From: Parcubacteria group bacterium RIFCSPLOWO2_01_FULL_48_18
Lineage (GTDB): Bacteria; Patescibacteriota; Minisyncoccia; UBA6257; WO2-01-48-18
NCBI GenBank assembly: GCA_001824435.1
Contig: MHXH01000017.1
Location: 335 to 64,334, forward strand
Length of the DNA stretch: 64,000 nt
Direction of reading: 5' to 3'
Shown here: positions 39,942-52,363 of the stretch, in pieces
Layout of the letters: each line of letters opens with the position of its first letter
How positions within the stretch are numbered: the stretch's first letter is position 1
Program-made: the position numbers and the translations under genes
The notes under the pieces: model-generated
Databases searched by the model: none
The model's input: the letters and a program-made list of their open reading frames with translations, nothing else
What the model was told of the DNA's origin: nothing

Positions 39942-40610
39942 CTACAGCTCGATCTGCTTGATCGTCTCCGGCGTATCTGCTGGCTCTTCATCGATACACA
40001 TCGTCACCTCCATCTTTTCCGTATCCCACACCGGGGTAAGGCGGAGATTGCGGCGCGTATCCATGAAAGATCCATGCTGTAGAGCGATCCAGAGCGGTTC
40101 GAATCCGTTCCATGGATGAGGCAGCGGGCTGCCGGGCAAGAAATCTGCAAGCTCAAGAAGGTGAGGATGGGGAGTAAACCACGATTTCTTAGGATGTTCT
40201 CGACCGAAACCAATCTTAACAAACTCTGACTCGCGCACCCCTGCCATCTCAAGGCCCCCTCTGACGATGCTACGCATGAATGTCCAAGTGAATCGACTCA
40301 ACACGAGATCGAATCTCACGCACTCTTCGGCAAGCCGCCGATATGAAAACGTCTGGTTCCCCATCGCTTCGGCCGTCGGTTCGAAATAGAAACGGATGGT
40401 CGGGGGCAACTTCTTAGACCCGCGCGTACGCTCGATCTCATAATGAACAAAGTCTTCGTTCCAACTGATGCCCCTGGTTTTAAGCGCATCATCTCCGAAC
40501 AGCGTCGCATTCAGCTGAACGCCGACGAACTCATTAAGCGGAAAGAACCGCTTGGCCCACTCGCCAATGTCTTTGGCAAGCGACGGCTCCACGTCAACGC
40601 ACGAACGCAT
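39942..40610 (-). CDS. Hypothetical protein
   Basis: ATG with GAGGA; promoter TTGACT-17-TATAAT at 40718-40690. Confidence 0.65.
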   Translation of the reverse strand: MRSCVDVEPSLAKDIGEWAKRFFPLNEFVGVQLNATLFGDDALKTRGISWNEDFVHYEIERTRGSKKLPPTIRFYFEPTAEAMGNQTFSYRRLAEECVRFDLVLSRFTWTFMRSIVRGGLEMAGVRESEFVKIGFGREHPKKSWFTPHPHLLELADFLPGSPLPHPWNGFEPLWIALQHGSFMDTRRNLRLTPVWDTEKMEVTMCIDEEPADTPETIKQIEL

Positions 40611-40772
40611 ACGCTTCCTCTCTTTCTGGTCACGTGATACAGACGGCACAGCGCATAATCAACTACCGCTGCGCTGAATTGCTGCCTCAATTATAGCATG
40701 GGGGCCGTACAAAGTCAATGCCCCGTTTCCGCAAGACGGAAAGGGGGCATGAACGAAACACGTCCGAAGATC

Positions 40773-41633
40773 TTAAGCAGTGCGGCTCTGCGCCGAATCC
40801 CGTATGCAGCGTTCTTCTGCCGCAGCCAGATAACAAAGTGTCTGGGGATATCCGCCTTTGATGAGCCGATCTTCTTCTTCCCGCGCTACGAAGAAATCAA
40901 GCGCGCTTGCATGGATCGACACCACGCCAGACAAGCGGACATCACCCGATTCCGGATGTTCATCTTTGAATCTCTTCAGGTCTTCTGCGAGCGCCGGATG
41001 TTCTTTCATGAATATTTCCATATATTTTTCGAGTTCGCGCCATGCCTTCTGATTCTGTATCGAAACGATGTCAAAAATGGTTTTAGCCCGGATCCATCCT
41101 ACAAGCAAAATCTCAATGCCTTTGCCGGTAATCGTGCAATCGCCGATCGGCGGAGCACTCAGATAGAAAGTATGGCAGTGCACGCTGGATCCATCGCGGC
41201 TGTTTTTGTGAACCTCAAGGATCGTTTCGAATCTTCCGGGATCCACGATAAAACCGCCGTTGTCTCCGCCGGTTTCCTCCCACACCTCGGAAGCGCCGAC
41301 AATTCGACGCACAAGGTCTTCTCCGTCAAGCGCCATTTTACCGCGCCCTAAAGATTCTTGCCACGCACTAATAGCAGCGCGATACCGAACCAGTTGGCCA
41401 AAGACAATTTGGCCGCTATCTTCAAGCGCCGAAAAAAACTCTTCAACCGGAGCAGTTTCATCAACTCCGCCGGTCGGATTCTTCAGGTACAAACGGGGGG
41501 TTCCTCGTCTGTCCGCGCTGATCTTATCATTGTCCGCAAGCAGCAAGAACGCGTCGCAGAATTCGTCTTGAGGCACCAGCACGGAAGACGTATAGCTGGT
41601 GGTCTCGCGACCGCCGTGAATCCGTGTCACCAC
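40773..41633 (-). CDS. Hypothetical protein
   Basis: GTG start with GGAGG; promoter TTGACA-17-TATAAT at 41751-41723. Confidence 0.65.
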   Translation of the reverse strand: MVTRIHGGRETTSYTSSVLVPQDEFCDAFLLLADNDKISADRRGTPRLYLKNPTGGVDETAPVEEFFSALEDSGQIVFGQLVRYRAAISAWQESLGRGKMALDGEDLVRRIVGASEVWEETGGDNGGFIVDPGRFETILEVHKNSRDGSSVHCHTFYLSAPPIGDCTITGKGIEILLVGWIRAKTIFDIVSIQNQKAWRELEKYMEIFMKEHPALAEDLKRFKDEHPESGDVRLSGVVSIHASALDFFVAREEEDRLIKGGYPQTLCYLAAAEERCIRDSAQSRTA

Positions 41634-41870
41634 CGTACGCCTCCAGGTTGTATTGTCGAAGTGCGCCTAGAGCATTCCGCTCCCTCGTGTCCATTAATCT
41701 CTTTATCCTCACGAGTAATCCAATTATATCAAAGAAAAAGGGTGGTGTCAAACGAAGTATCAGTTACAAAACCAACCCAAATACTGGGGTTTCCGTATTG
41801 TAACGGAGCGAACAATTACCAAAAAGAAACAGAGCGGGTATATATCCCGCCCCATAAACTTGTCCGGTTA

Positions 41871-42566
41871 TTAACTTGCCTGAGGAGAATCGCTGCACTC
41901 GCACGTACATACCGCCAGGTGACACTTTTCACATTCATAAGGATACTGTCGCCACACTTCTTCGGCTAACTCTATTCTGCATCGGTTTGCCAACGCGAAC
42001 ATCCACGAAGCCACATCGGCCATCTCGTCTTCCAGTCCCTTCTTGTTATGATGCCGAGCCTCTTTGCTGATCTCTCCGGCTTCCTCGCCAAGATGGGCAG
42101 CAGTGTGCAGCACGAGAATTCGCCTATTCTGCAGAAAATACAGCCTCTTATGAAGCGCCTGGTATCCGGCGAGCGTTTTTGGATCCTTATCCCGCTCCAT
42201 TCTTAACCTGCGAAGCGTCTTTTCTCTGTCGGATATGACAGGATGCTCTATGGCACAAGCACAGTTTTCGCCGCGCAGACAGTACGGACAGACTCCCGGA
42301 TATTTAACCCACAATGCCTCCTGAAGATCAATGCCGAATCGATTTCCCACGGCGTTCCACCATGAATATGTTCTTGCGAGCTGCGAAGGCAGTTTCTCCA
42401 ATTCATCCTTGCGCGCAATTTCCATGATTTTGGCGATTTCTTCCAAAAGCCTCAAAATGAGGTCCGGATCGTCATAACGTTCATTAACCTTGCCATAGAT
42501 ATATGCATTCATTTCCTGAAATTCTCGAACGGTCTGCGGCTGAATAATCGTCTTATGCGCTGCCAC
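41871..42566 (-). CDS. Tandem MazG-like NTP pyrophosphohydrolase with two Cys4 Zn ribbons
   Basis: EEAGE..EDEMAD in domain 2, degenerate EEIAK in domain 1; KYPGVCPYC..C.C and YPYECEKC...CTC. Confidence 0.8.
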   Translation of the reverse strand: MAAHKTIIQPQTVREFQEMNAYIYGKVNERYDDPDLILRLLEEIAKIMEIARKDELEKLPSQLARTYSWWNAVGNRFGIDLQEALWVKYPGVCPYCLRGENCACAIEHPVISDREKTLRRLRMERDKDPKTLAGYQALHKRLYFLQNRRILVLHTAAHLGEEAGEISKEARHHNKKGLEDEMADVASWMFALANRCRIELAEEVWRQYPYECEKCHLAVCTCECSDSPQAS

Positions 42567-42789
42567 CCGCGCCCCCTTACTATTGATATGGGATTCGTGA
42601 GCTACCTCAAGAATAAAGAGGCCCCGGAGGATTGTCAATGGTATGTATAAACGAGAGCCGCCATATCTCTTTTCCGGCGGCGCAAAAAAACGTCGGTCAA
42701 AAAGCCACGATCGTAAGGCCGTGGATGGATGCTAATTTATCTCGCGAAGCGAGAACCGGACAAAACCACACCCATAAGGGTACTGGGGT

Positions 42790-43905
42790 TTACTCCAATT
42801 CTTTTCTCAAGTCCTCAAGTATTTCTTTCGCCTTCGAAGAAAAATACTTGGGCGTCGCCAAATCTAATTCAACGATCAAATCTCCGCACTCATGGCTGCC
42901 GAGACGAGGCATACCTGCCCCGCGAATCCGTATCGAATCGCGCAGATTAAAACCTTCAGGAATGGTAAAATGCACCTTCTTTCCCTCGATTGTCAAAACT
43001 TCGAACGATTTGCCTAAAAGAATGTCGACAAGGTTAACCTTCGCGCGGTAATGCAAATTATCACCATCGCGCCGAAACTGTGCATGGGTCCTTGTTTTAA
43101 TTCGTACATATACATCACCTGCCGTTGCTCCCCGCATGCCCGCCTCGCCGGCGCCGACAATTTTAATGAGCTGGCCGTCTCCGATGCCCTGCTGAATATC
43201 TACCGCGATCTCTTTCGCATACCTTATTCTGCCGGTTCCCCCGCATGCGTGGCAACGCTTTTGAGGAATACGACCCTCGCCTTCGCATTCGACACACGGC
43301 CTGATGCGCGAGAAATCGCCAAAAAACGTCTTCTGGTTTTCCCGCACTTCACCGCGGCCGTCGCAGCGCCCGCATGTTTTAAATCCGCTTTTTGCATCCG
43401 CTCCTTGTCCGCCGCACGCCGCGCAGCTTATCCATGCGTCAAACCGCAATGACTTCTGCGCTCCGGAAAACGCTTCCTCCAAAGAAATCTCCAAAACCAG
43501 CTCCATATCAGCGCCGCGCTGGTATGTTCTCCGTTTCTTCCGTACCCCCAGGCCTTCAAAAATACTTTCAAAAATGCCGCCGAGGTCTCCTCCATCCTCA
43601 AACGCAGAAGGATCAAACCCGAATTCCACCCCTTGGCCGAACGGCCATCCCTCAAATCCCCATTCACGCCCTGCGCCCGAAGAAAAACCGGAGGCGCCGT
43701 CAAACACGCGGCCGAACCGGTCATATTGCGCCCGCTTCTGCTTATTTGACAACACCTGATACGCTTCGTTAATTTCCTTAAACTTCTTCTCGTCGCCCCC
43801 CGCCTTATCCGGATGGAATTTATGCGCAAGACGGCGGTATGCCTTCTTGATCTCCTCTTCAGAAGCACTCTTATTTATACCTAAAATGTTATAATAATCA
43901 GCCAC
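42790..43905 (-). CDS. dnaJ: Chaperone DnaJ
   Basis: HPD motif, G/F region and four CxxCxGxG repeats. Confidence 0.97.
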   Translation of the reverse strand: MADYYNILGINKSASEEEIKKAYRRLAHKFHPDKAGGDEKKFKEINEAYQVLSNKQKRAQYDRFGRVFDGASGFSSGAGREWGFEGWPFGQGVEFGFDPSAFEDGGDLGGIFESIFEGLGVRKKRRTYQRGADMELVLEISLEEAFSGAQKSLRFDAWISCAACGGQGADAKSGFKTCGRCDGRGEVRENQKTFFGDFSRIRPCVECEGEGRIPQKRCHACGGTGRIRYAKEIAVDIQQGIGDGQLIKIVGAGEAGMRGATAGDVYVRIKTRTHAQFRRDGDNLHYRAKVNLVDILLGKSFEVLTIEGKKVHFTIPEGFNLRDSIRIRGAGMPRLGSHECGDLIVELDLATPKYFSSKAKEILEDLRKELE

Positions 43906-43917
43906 CCTAAAAAGCTT

Positions 43918-43984
43918 ATTAGCTTGTAGCTTTTTAGCCTCTTAGAACGAACTCTACAAGCTACAAGCTACAAGCTACAAGCTC
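43918..43984. repeat. Heptamer tandem repeat (CTACAAG)n
   Basis: ctacaag x4 with an inverted agcttgtagc copy upstream. Confidence 0.75.
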
Positions 43985-43992
43985 ACTCTCCT

Positions 43993-45042
43993 TCATTTCA
44001 TTATAATAATTTCCCTCGTTCTACTCTCAAGCACAATTCTTGCAAAATCAACCGCAATCAAAAGCTCAAATACGATGAAGCTGACGAATACAAGTGTATA
44101 GCCGAATACGATTCCGAGCGCCTTGAGAACTAAAAAAGCGAGCAGAACAATGCTGCCTCCGACAATCCATCCCCCAAGACCCGAGGTTTTTACAATCTGC
44201 TCGGTGAATAACTCATATAAACCGTCTCCCGCGGTCTTTTTAAAATCGATGTCTATGTTCAAAAAGCTTTCGATCTGATCGCGGGTTTGAGAAACAGACT
44301 TCTCGATAACTTGTTTTTTCACCGACGCGGTCAATGATTTTGCTTCTGCAGAATCTTCCAATCTTTGCGTAACGATATCGGCTATGATTTCATCCCCCGT
44401 CTGCTCAAAATCAAAATCTGGAATTATCGACCGCAACAATCCCTCCAATGGATTCAACATATAGGCATAAAACACGTCCTTATTAAATGCCGCGGTCTTT
44501 CCTTCCTGAAGACCGATGTAAAACACTAGAGAAATAAAAAGGGCCATGACGGTAATGACTTTCGGAAAAACCCTCCTGCATAGCCTGAAAAACCTCACCT
44601 TCAAAAGAAGACGAAGCTCGCTCCATCCCGCGCGGGCCGCAAGCAAAAGCAGTAGATACACCACGACCGCCGCCAGAAGAAGACTCTGCGAGAATCTATC
44701 GTAAAAGGGAACGGAGAGGGCAACGGCATTTAAGAATACCATCCAACTCAAACGGCCAAAGCTTTTGAGAAACAGCGATTGAAGAAAAAAAATGACCGAA
44801 AAGCCAACCGCGCTCCCCGCGATAAAAATCATATAGTGGGTCGGACTGAACGACAGGATTTTCGTCTCAAGAAAATAGTCCCTCACGCCAAGAGAAAAGC
44901 CGAATGCGAACGCGCACGTGAGCACTGCCAGAAGGGCCGCCTTCCATACCGACCTGTCAACCTCTGCTTCATCAAGAACGCTGGCAGAGGATTGCGCTGC
45001 TTTTTGTACCGGTTCATACCGGAGCTTCGTTAAATCGGGCAT
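43993..45042 (-). CDS. Hypothetical multi-pass membrane protein
   Basis: About 6 hydrophobic segments; downstream of rpoC. Confidence 0.75.
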   Translation of the reverse strand: MPDLTKLRYEPVQKAAQSSASVLDEAEVDRSVWKAALLAVLTCAFAFGFSLGVRDYFLETKILSFSPTHYMIFIAGSAVGFSVIFFLQSLFLKSFGRLSWMVFLNAVALSVPFYDRFSQSLLLAAVVVYLLLLLAARAGWSELRLLLKVRFFRLCRRVFPKVITVMALFISLVFYIGLQEGKTAAFNKDVFYAYMLNPLEGLLRSIIPDFDFEQTGDEIIADIVTQRLEDSAEAKSLTASVKKQVIEKSVSQTRDQIESFLNIDIDFKKTAGDGLYELFTEQIVKTSGLGGWIVGGSIVLLAFLVLKALGIVFGYTLVFVSFIVFELLIAVDFARIVLESRTREIIIMK

Positions 45043-45088
45043 ATGTTTATTATATATCAAACTGCCTCAATGCCCAAGGTATACTCCG

Positions 45089-48000
45089 CTATTCTTCTCT
45101 TTTGCCCTTCGTCCTCTTCAACAACACGGATCCCACTGGTATCAGCCTTCCGATGATGACATTCTCCTTGAGGCCGTGGAGGTTATCTATTCTTCCTTCC
45201 GCGGCAGCGCTAATCAAGACTTTCGCAGTTTCTTGGAACGAAGCAGCGGAAAGAAAACTCTCGCTTGAAAGCGCCACCTTGGTGATGCCCAAAAGCAGCT
45301 GTCGCGCCTTTGCGGGCGTTTTTCCGGAAGCCCTCAGCGAACGGTTGACATCGAAAAACTTAGACTTCTCAATAATCTTCCCCGGCGTAAAGCCGGAATC
45401 CCCGGCATCTGTAATCCGCACTCTGTCAAACATCTGCCGAATGATAATCTCGATATGCTTATTGTTAATCGATGCGCCTTCTGACACATAAATCCGCTGC
45501 ACTTCTTTAACAATATAACGCTGCACCGCCTCGCTGCCGCTAACCGTAAACAATTCGGCAAGGTCAAGATTCCCCTCGGATAACTGGTCGCCTTTTTTTA
45601 CCCGTTCGCCGTCACGGACGAACACGAGGATCGATCGCGGAATTATAAACTCGACCGCGTTTTTCTTTCTTGCGGCGCCCCCGGAGTTCTTCGGACGCCT
45701 GTCTTCTTTCGTTTTCGACGATGGAAGGATTTTAATAATTTTATCCGGACCTCGCTCCTCTATTTTATCAACAACGCCGTCTACGGAACTGATGCACGCC
45801 TTGCCCTTAGGTGAACGATTTTCAAACAACTCTTCAACGCGCGGGAGTCCATGCGTGATGTCGGCACCGGCAATCCCTCCGGTATGAAACGTTCTCATGG
45901 TCAGTTGCGTGCCGGGCTCTCCAATCGCCTGGGCCGCAACAATGCCTGCCGCCATTCCAATCTCCGCGTGCTTGTTATAACCCAAGTCCAATCCGTAACA
46001 ACGGCAGCAGATTCCATACAGCGTTTTACACGTTATCGGAGAACGCACGCGGACTACCTCGAGCGACGAATCTTGAATCAACTTGGCGGCGACGTGATCG
46101 ATGCCCTCACCGGCCCGAACAATAATTTTCCCGCCCGCTTTAATATCCTCAAGCGCGGTGCGAGAAAAAAGAATGTCGCCGTAGACCTGTCCGAATGCCT
46201 GGCTATCCGAACGATAGATAACAATCCCTTTCTTCGTCTTACAATCAATTTCGCGCACCACGACATCCTGCGCCACATCAACAAGGCGGCGCGTCAAATA
46301 TCCTGCGGACGCGGTTTTAAGCGCCGTATCGGTAGTTCCCTTCCGTGCGCCGTGCGTCGATATGAAAAATTCCAGCACGTTAAAACCTTCTTTATAGGAA
46401 GATGTAACGGGAAGCTCTATTGTTTCTCCTTTCGGATTCTGCACAAGCCCTTTCATGCCCATCATTTGCGTCGGCTGGGACCACGATCCGCGAGCGCCGG
46501 AATCAATAATTTGATATACCGAATTGTTGGGGTTAAGAGACTTGGGAATCACGGCAGCAACTTCCGCCTTTGCTTTTTCCCACACCCGCACCACTGCCGC
46601 GCGCCGCTCCTGGGAACTAAGCAATCCGTTATTAAACTGCTCTTGAATCTTTGCCACTTCATTGTGGGCCCTCTTGAGGATTTCCGGTTTTTCAACCGGA
46701 ATCGTCAAATCATCCATACCCCAAGTGATTCCGGATCTTGTGGCATACTCAAACCCAACCCGTTTAATTTCATCCATAATAGCAGAGCAATGTTCCAGTC
46801 CGTAGGTAGTAATCAATTCGGCGGCAATTCTGGAAAGCAATCTCTTGTTGAGCGATTCATTGATAAATCGAAAGTCGTTTGGGAGCGTATTATTAAAAAT
46901 CAGTCTTCCGCATGTAGTTTCAATAAGTTTGTTATCCGCTTTGTCAACCCGAATTTTCACAAGCGCATTTAAATCGATGATACCGCAGTCATATGCCATG
47001 ATCGCTTCGGATTCGCCCGTAAAAATCTTTCCTTCGCCGAGCGATCCTTCTCTCGCTTTAGTAAGATAATAACATCCCAGCACAATATCCTGAGTAGGAA
47101 TGGCAATCGGCTCCCCGGTGGCGGGTTTTATCAGCCCGATCGAAGAAAGCATAAGACCGGAGGCTTCATTCTGAGCCTCTTGAGAAAGAGGAAGATGCAC
47201 GGCCATCTGATCTCCGTCAAAATCAGCGTTAAACGCCGTACATACCATCGGCGGAATACGGATGCACAAGTCTTCAATGAGCACTGGTCTAAACGCCTGA
47301 ATACCGAGACGATGCAACGTCGGCGCCCGATTGAGCAGCACATATTTATCCTTAATAACTTCCTCCAGTATCGCCCAGACTTCCGGAGGGGCCTCCTCAA
47401 TGAGGCGATTCGAATTTCGTATGTTGTGCGCGAGGCCAAGCTCAATAATTTTATTAATCACAAACGGCTTAAACAACTCAAGCGCCATCTTTTTAGGAAG
47501 GCCGCATGAACTAAGAGAAAGCTCGGGACCGACAACAATAACCGATCTGCCGGAATAATCTACCCTTTTCCCAAGAAGATTCTGTCTGAAACGACCCTGT
47601 TTTCCTTTCAACATGTCCGCAAGCGACCGCAATGGCCGCCGCTGAGACGACAGCTGCTGGGTGCCGAATCGCGCGCTATTGTCTATGAGCGCATCGACCG
47701 ACTCCTGCAACATTCTTTTCTCATTTACGACTATCACCTCCGGGGCTTTCAACTCGATGAGTTTTCGCAGACGATTATTGCGGTTGATGACACGACGATA
47801 CAAATCGTTCAAATCAGAGGTTGCAAATCGCCCGCCGTCAAGCGCAACGAGCGGCCGCAAATCCGGAGGGAGCACCGGAAGCACCGTCATCACCATCCAT
47901 TCCGGACGGACACCGGCCCGACGCATATGCCGCAACAGATCGAGTCGGCGCAGAATCTTCCGCTGCACAAGCGAATCGGAGACTTTCGAAACAGACCGCC

Positions 48001-48697
48001 CCAACTCTCGAATAAGCTTCTTCAAATCAATGGCCTCGAGCATGCGCCGGATCGCTTCCCCTCCGCTTCCAGCCTCAAATACATTGCCGTATTTCAAGCT
48101 AAACGTATAAAACTCGCTCTCCGACAGCACCTTGCCCACTTTGATCTGATTCAATTCTTCCAGCGCTTTCTTTTTTGCAAGCTCAAGCGATACCGCATGG
48201 CGCGATGTGCTCTCTTTACCCTCTTTTTTCTTGGATTTAAATTCACGTACAATTTCTTCTTTCGCCTTTTCTTTCGCCGCTTCATCAACATACGCAACCA
48301 CATAGGCGGCATAATAGACCACCCGCTCCAACTGAGGCAGCGAGATGTCAAGGAGTAAGCTGATTTTCGACGGCACGCCTCGTAAAAACCAAATATGCAC
48401 GCATGGCGCAACTAGCGTGATGTGGCCCATCCGTTCCCTTCGAACCACCGCGCGCGTCACCTCCACGCCGCATTTATCACAGACAATCCCTTTATAGCGG
48501 ACTCTGCGATATTTTCCGCAGTAACACTCCCAATCTTTCGTCGGTCCGAAAATCCTCTCCGAAAACAGGCCATCTTTTTCCGGCCGCTGGGTGCGGTAAT
48601 TGATAGTTTCAGGCTTTATTACTTCGCCATGAGACCAAGTCAATATCTCTTCCGGAGAAGCAATTTTTAATTGTATAGCTTCAAAATCAAGTTCCAT
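45089..48697 (-). CDS. rpoC: RNA polymerase beta' subunit
   Basis: [20 protein letters not shown] and the Zn-binding domain. Confidence 0.99.
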   Translation of the reverse strand: MELDFEAIQLKIASPEEILTWSHGEVIKPETINYRTQRPEKDGLFSERIFGPTKDWECYCGKYRRVRYKGIVCDKCGVEVTRAVVRRERMGHITLVAPCVHIWFLRGVPSKISLLLDISLPQLERVVYYAAYVVAYVDEAAKEKAKEEIVREFKSKKKEGKESTSRHAVSLELAKKKALEELNQIKVGKVLSESEFYTFSLKYGNVFEAGSGGEAIRRMLEAIDLKKLIRELGRSVSKVSDSLVQRKILRRLDLLRHMRRAGVRPEWMVMTVLPVLPPDLRPLVALDGGRFATSDLNDLYRRVINRNNRLRKLIELKAPEVIVVNEKRMLQESVDALIDNSARFGTQQLSSQRRPLRSLADMLKGKQGRFRQNLLGKRVDYSGRSVIVVGPELSLSSCGLPKKMALELFKPFVINKIIELGLAHNIRNSNRLIEEAPPEVWAILEEVIKDKYVLLNRAPTLHRLGIQAFRPVLIEDLCIRIPPMVCTAFNADFDGDQMAVHLPLSQEAQNEASGLMLSSIGLIKPATGEPIAIPTQDIVLGCYYLTKAREGSLGEGKIFTGESEAIMAYDCGIIDLNALVKIRVDKADNKLIETTCGRLIFNNTLPNDFRFINESLNKRLLSRIAAELITTYGLEHCSAIMDEIKRVGFEYATRSGITWGMDDLTIPVEKPEILKRAHNEVAKIQEQFNNGLLSSQERRAAVVRVWEKAKAEVAAVIPKSLNPNNSVYQIIDSGARGSWSQPTQMMGMKGLVQNPKGETIELPVTSSYKEGFNVLEFFISTHGARKGTTDTALKTASAGYLTRRLVDVAQDVVVREIDCKTKKGIVIYRSDSQAFGQVYGDILFSRTALEDIKAGGKIIVRAGEGIDHVAAKLIQDSSLEVVRVRSPITCKTLYGICCRCYGLDLGYNKHAEIGMAAGIVAAQAIGEPGTQLTMRTFHTGGIAGADITHGLPRVEELFENRSPKGKACISSVDGVVDKIEERGPDKIIKILPSSKTKEDRRPKNSGGAARKKNAVEFIIPRSILVFVRDGERVKKGDQLSEGNLDLAELFTVSGSEAVQRYIVKEVQRIYVSEGASINNKHIEIIIRQMFDRVRITDAGDSGFTPGKIIEKSKFFDVNRSLRASGKTPAKARQLLLGITKVALSSESFLSAASFQETAKVLISAAAEGRIDNLHGLKENVIIGRLIPVGSVLLKRTKGKREE

Positions 48698-48730
48698 TAT
48701 TCACAAACTCTATAGCTTGCAGCTAAAAAT

Positions 48731-51700
48731 TTATTCTTCGGCGACTTCTTCGTGCGCATCCTCGACTACCCCAGTCACATCCTTCCCTTTTTTGGCCAAC
48801 TCCTCCGCCACCTCTTGTGAAACAGGTTCTATTTTCTCCTCTTCTAACTCGCTTACTGCAGGCACCTGGATACTCCCCCCTTTAAGCAGGTTCACCGACA
48901 TGCCCAAAGACTTCAATTCGCTCACCAATACATTGAATGACGCCGGAATGTTCGGACTTCTAATGGGTTCGCCCCGTATCATGGACTCGTAGGCCGCAGC
49001 CCGCCCCACAACATCGTCGGACTTTATGGTGAGCATCTCCTGAAGAATATGCGCGGCTCCGTATCCCTCAAGCGCCCACACCTCCATCTCGCCGAACCGC
49101 TGACCGCCAAACTGCGCTTTCCCACCCAAGGGCTGCTGAGTAATGAGAGAATAAGGACCGACGGAACGCATATGAATTTTATCTTCAACTAAGTGATTCA
49201 GTTTCATCATGTAGATATATCCGACTGCGATTTTTTGGTCGAATGGCCTACCATTCCTGCCGTCATACAGCGTCACCTTTCCGTTTTCCGGAAGGCCGGC
49301 CCTCTTCAACTCGCCTTTAATCTGGTCTTCGTTTGCGCCTGCTAATGCAGGGGTGATTGCGCGATATCCCAATGTATGCGCCGCCCATCCCAAATGCATT
49401 TCCAAGATCTGCCCGATGTTCATTCTTGATGCAACCCCAAGGGGATTTAAGATAATATCCACCGGCGTGCCGTCCTCAAGATAGGGCATATCCTCGACGG
49501 AAACGATTCTCGACACAACCCCTTTATTGCCGTGACGTCCGGCGAGTTTATCTCCGGCGCGAATATTGCGGAGTTGAGCGACTTCAACCTGAACCCGCAT
49601 GATGATTCCGGCCTCCAATTTATCGCCGCGATCACGAGAGAATATTCTAATACCCACCACCCTTCCTCGTTTGCCGTGCGGGAGCGTAAGCGATGTATCC
49701 TTCACGTCGCGTGATTTTTCGCCGAAAATAACCCGCAGCAGACGTTCTTCCGCCGTAAGCTCCGCTTCTCCTTTGGGCGTGATCTTTCCGACGAGTATAT
49801 CTCCTGATTCCACCTCTGCGCCGACCCGGATAATTCCTTCCTCATCCAGGTTTTTCAATTTCTCTTCAGATACGTTCGGAATATCATACGTGGTGACCTC
49901 GGGACCCAATTTCGTATCCCGCACATCGCAGTAATAATCTTCTATGTGAATGGAAGTATACAAATCTTCCCGCACCACCCGTTCAGAAAGAATAATGGCG
50001 TCTTCAAAATTCGCTCCTGCCCACGACATAAACGCCGCCACGAGATTCTGTCCCAACGAAAGCACTCCGTATTCCGTAGATGGCCCGTCCGCCAGTACGG
50101 TTCCTTTTTCCACTCGTTGATTCTTCTCTACTCTCGGCTGCTGAGAAATGCACGTAAATTGGTTTGATCGCGTAAACGTGTGCAGCCGATAGTTTCTATA
50201 TCCTTTAGCCGTTTTCACCTTAATATGATTTGCGTCCGCTTCGGTCACCGTGCCCGGCTCGTCTGCAAGCGCCACCAAACCCGACTCTGCCGCCGCCTTT
50301 TCCTCCATGCCGGTTCCTACGAGGGGTGCGCTCGGCTTGATGTACGCAACCGCTTGACGCTGCATGTTTGACCCCATCAACGCCCGGTTTGCATCATCGT
50401 GTTCCAGAAATGGAATAAGACTTGTTGCAACGCTAATCAGCTGATACGGAGCGACGTCGATAAAATCGATTTGATCGCGGCGGCACGTACCCGGTTCGCC
50501 CTTAATTCTTGCCTCTATGATTTCGTCGATCAGTTTTCCGTCTTTTCTAAATTTGACGCCGCCGTGCGCAATGCGATATTTCTCTTCTTCGTATGCATTA
50601 AGGTACGCCACCTCGCCGGTCACCCGTCCGTTTTTCACCCTCACATACGGCGACTCAAGAAATCCGAGCTCGTTGATCCTTGAAAAAATCGCCAAATGGC
50701 CCACCAGCCCGATATTGGCTCCTTCCGGCGTCTGAATCGGACAGATTCTGCCATAGTGGCTGCTGTGTACGTCGCGCACCTCAAAGCCCGCCCTCTCGCG
50801 CGTAAGTCCTCCGGGTCCCATTGCGGAAATCCTTCGCTTATGCTCTAGTTCCGCCAAAAGGTTAACTTGATCCATAAACTGCGATAGCTGCGACGCGGAA
50901 AAAAATTCCTTGGTCGCCGCAACCACCGGACGTGAATTGATTAATTGGGCGGGTGTCACCAAATTGACTTCGATGGTCGACATACGATCCTGAATAATTC
51001 TCCGCATACGCGCAAAGCCTACCCGCAATTTATTCTGCAAAAGTTCTCCAACCGCACGGACCCTCCGATTCCCCAGATGGTCAATGTCATCCGGCTCGGC
51101 ATCAGAATCATTATTGAGCACAATGATATGACGGATAATCGCCACAATGTCATCACACGTGAGCAGGCGCGAATCACCCTTCAAATTAAGCCGCTGGTTC
51201 AATTTAAACCTGCCCACCTCCGACAAATCATATCGATCGGCGCGTTTAAACATACCCTCAATCAAACTCTTGCTGTTTTCGGCAGTCGCCAGATCTCCCG
51301 GCCGGATGCGTTTGTAAATTTCGATAAATGCCTCGGCCAGGGTTTTGGAAGGCTCCTTCTTCAACGTCGGTTCAATCTCTTTGCCAATGGCGTCAAGTAT
51401 CGCATGGTTATCCGTGAGACCGAAAATACGCACTAATGAAGTTACGGGTATCTTACGCTTACGGTCAATTTTCACGCCGATCACGCCGTCCGGATCGGTT
51501 TCAAATTCCAGCCATGCGCCACGATTGGGAATTACTTTCGCGCCGAACAATTTTCTCCCTCGCGTCATATTCGCGGTAAAGTACACTCCGCTTGAACGAA
51601 TCAGTTGGGACACTACTACGCGCTCCACTCCGTTGATGATAAACGTGCCGCGCGGCGTCATAACAGGGAAATCTCCCATATACACCTCTTGTTTTTTCGC

Positions 51701-51997
51701 CTCACCTGTTTTTTTATGCACCAGGCGCGCCTTAACCCGCAAAGACGCCTCGTGGGTTAAATCTTTTTCTCGCGATTTAAATTCATCATACTTGGGATCA
51801 TCAAAATAATAATCGTCAAAATACAATTCAAGTTCCTTTCCCGTATAATCTTTAATCGGTGAAATTTCATTCATTAGTTCACGCAACCCCCTCCGTAAAA
51901 ACAAATCATAAGACCTGGTTTGAATTTCAACCAAGTTAGGAAGAGGAACAAGATTTCCGGGATGGGTCGAAAAAACTTTAACTAGTTTCTGCTGCAT
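48731..51997 (-). CDS. rpoB: RNA polymerase beta subunit
   Basis: SQFMDQ, GDKLAGRHGNKG and GGQRFGEME. Confidence 0.99.
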   Translation of the reverse strand: MQQKLVKVFSTHPGNLVPLPNLVEIQTRSYDLFLRRGLRELMNEISPIKDYTGKELELYFDDYYFDDPKYDEFKSREKDLTHEASLRVKARLVHKKTGEAKKQEVYMGDFPVMTPRGTFIINGVERVVVSQLIRSSGVYFTANMTRGRKLFGAKVIPNRGAWLEFETDPDGVIGVKIDRKRKIPVTSLVRIFGLTDNHAILDAIGKEIEPTLKKEPSKTLAEAFIEIYKRIRPGDLATAENSKSLIEGMFKRADRYDLSEVGRFKLNQRLNLKGDSRLLTCDDIVAIIRHIIVLNNDSDAEPDDIDHLGNRRVRAVGELLQNKLRVGFARMRRIIQDRMSTIEVNLVTPAQLINSRPVVAATKEFFSASQLSQFMDQVNLLAELEHKRRISAMGPGGLTRERAGFEVRDVHSSHYGRICPIQTPEGANIGLVGHLAIFSRINELGFLESPYVRVKNGRVTGEVAYLNAYEEEKYRIAHGGVKFRKDGKLIDEIIEARIKGEPGTCRRDQIDFIDVAPYQLISVATSLIPFLEHDDANRALMGSNMQRQAVAYIKPSAPLVGTGMEEKAAAESGLVALADEPGTVTEADANHIKVKTAKGYRNYRLHTFTRSNQFTCISQQPRVEKNQRVEKGTVLADGPSTEYGVLSLGQNLVAAFMSWAGANFEDAIILSERVVREDLYTSIHIEDYYCDVRDTKLGPEVTTYDIPNVSEEKLKNLDEEGIIRVGAEVESGDILVGKITPKGEAELTAEERLLRVIFGEKSRDVKDTSLTLPHGKRGRVVGIRIFSRDRGDKLEAGIIMRVQVEVAQLRNIRAGDKLAGRHGNKGVVSRIVSVEDMPYLEDGTPVDIILNPLGVASRMNIGQILEMHLGWAAHTLGYRAITPALAGANEDQIKGELKRAGLPENGKVTLYDGRNGRPFDQKIAVGYIYMMKLNHLVEDKIHMRSVGPYSLITQQPLGGKAQFGGQRFGEMEVWALEGYGAAHILQEMLTIKSDDVVGRAAAYESMIRGEPIRSPNIPASFNVLVSELKSLGMSVNLLKGGSIQVPAVSELEEEKIEPVSQEVAEELAKKGKDVTGVVEDAHEEVAEE

Positions 51998-52363
51998 AAA
52001 AATAAAATAAAGACAAAAAAAACTAACGCGCGCAAAACATCTCGTCGCTATGTGGTACGATTATTCAATTAGTGGCAATATGAGAATCAGCCACCATAAG
52101 TAGTATTAAATTATCTTAAATTATAACTGATGAGGGGAAATTGTCAAGGCCCCCCAAAAAAGGGGTTATGTGAATAACTTTATTTCCTATAAACGGACAC
52201 GTGATGACCGAATCCCGATATGACCACCCGACCAACTCGGGACATTAAGAAGTTATATAATCCGCTATTCGCCCCCTGGCCGCTTGCCACCGACAACAAC
52301 ATCTGCTCGAATCCTCCGCCGGATGGCGAAACAAAAACAGAGGTAGCGACACCTCTGCGAATA

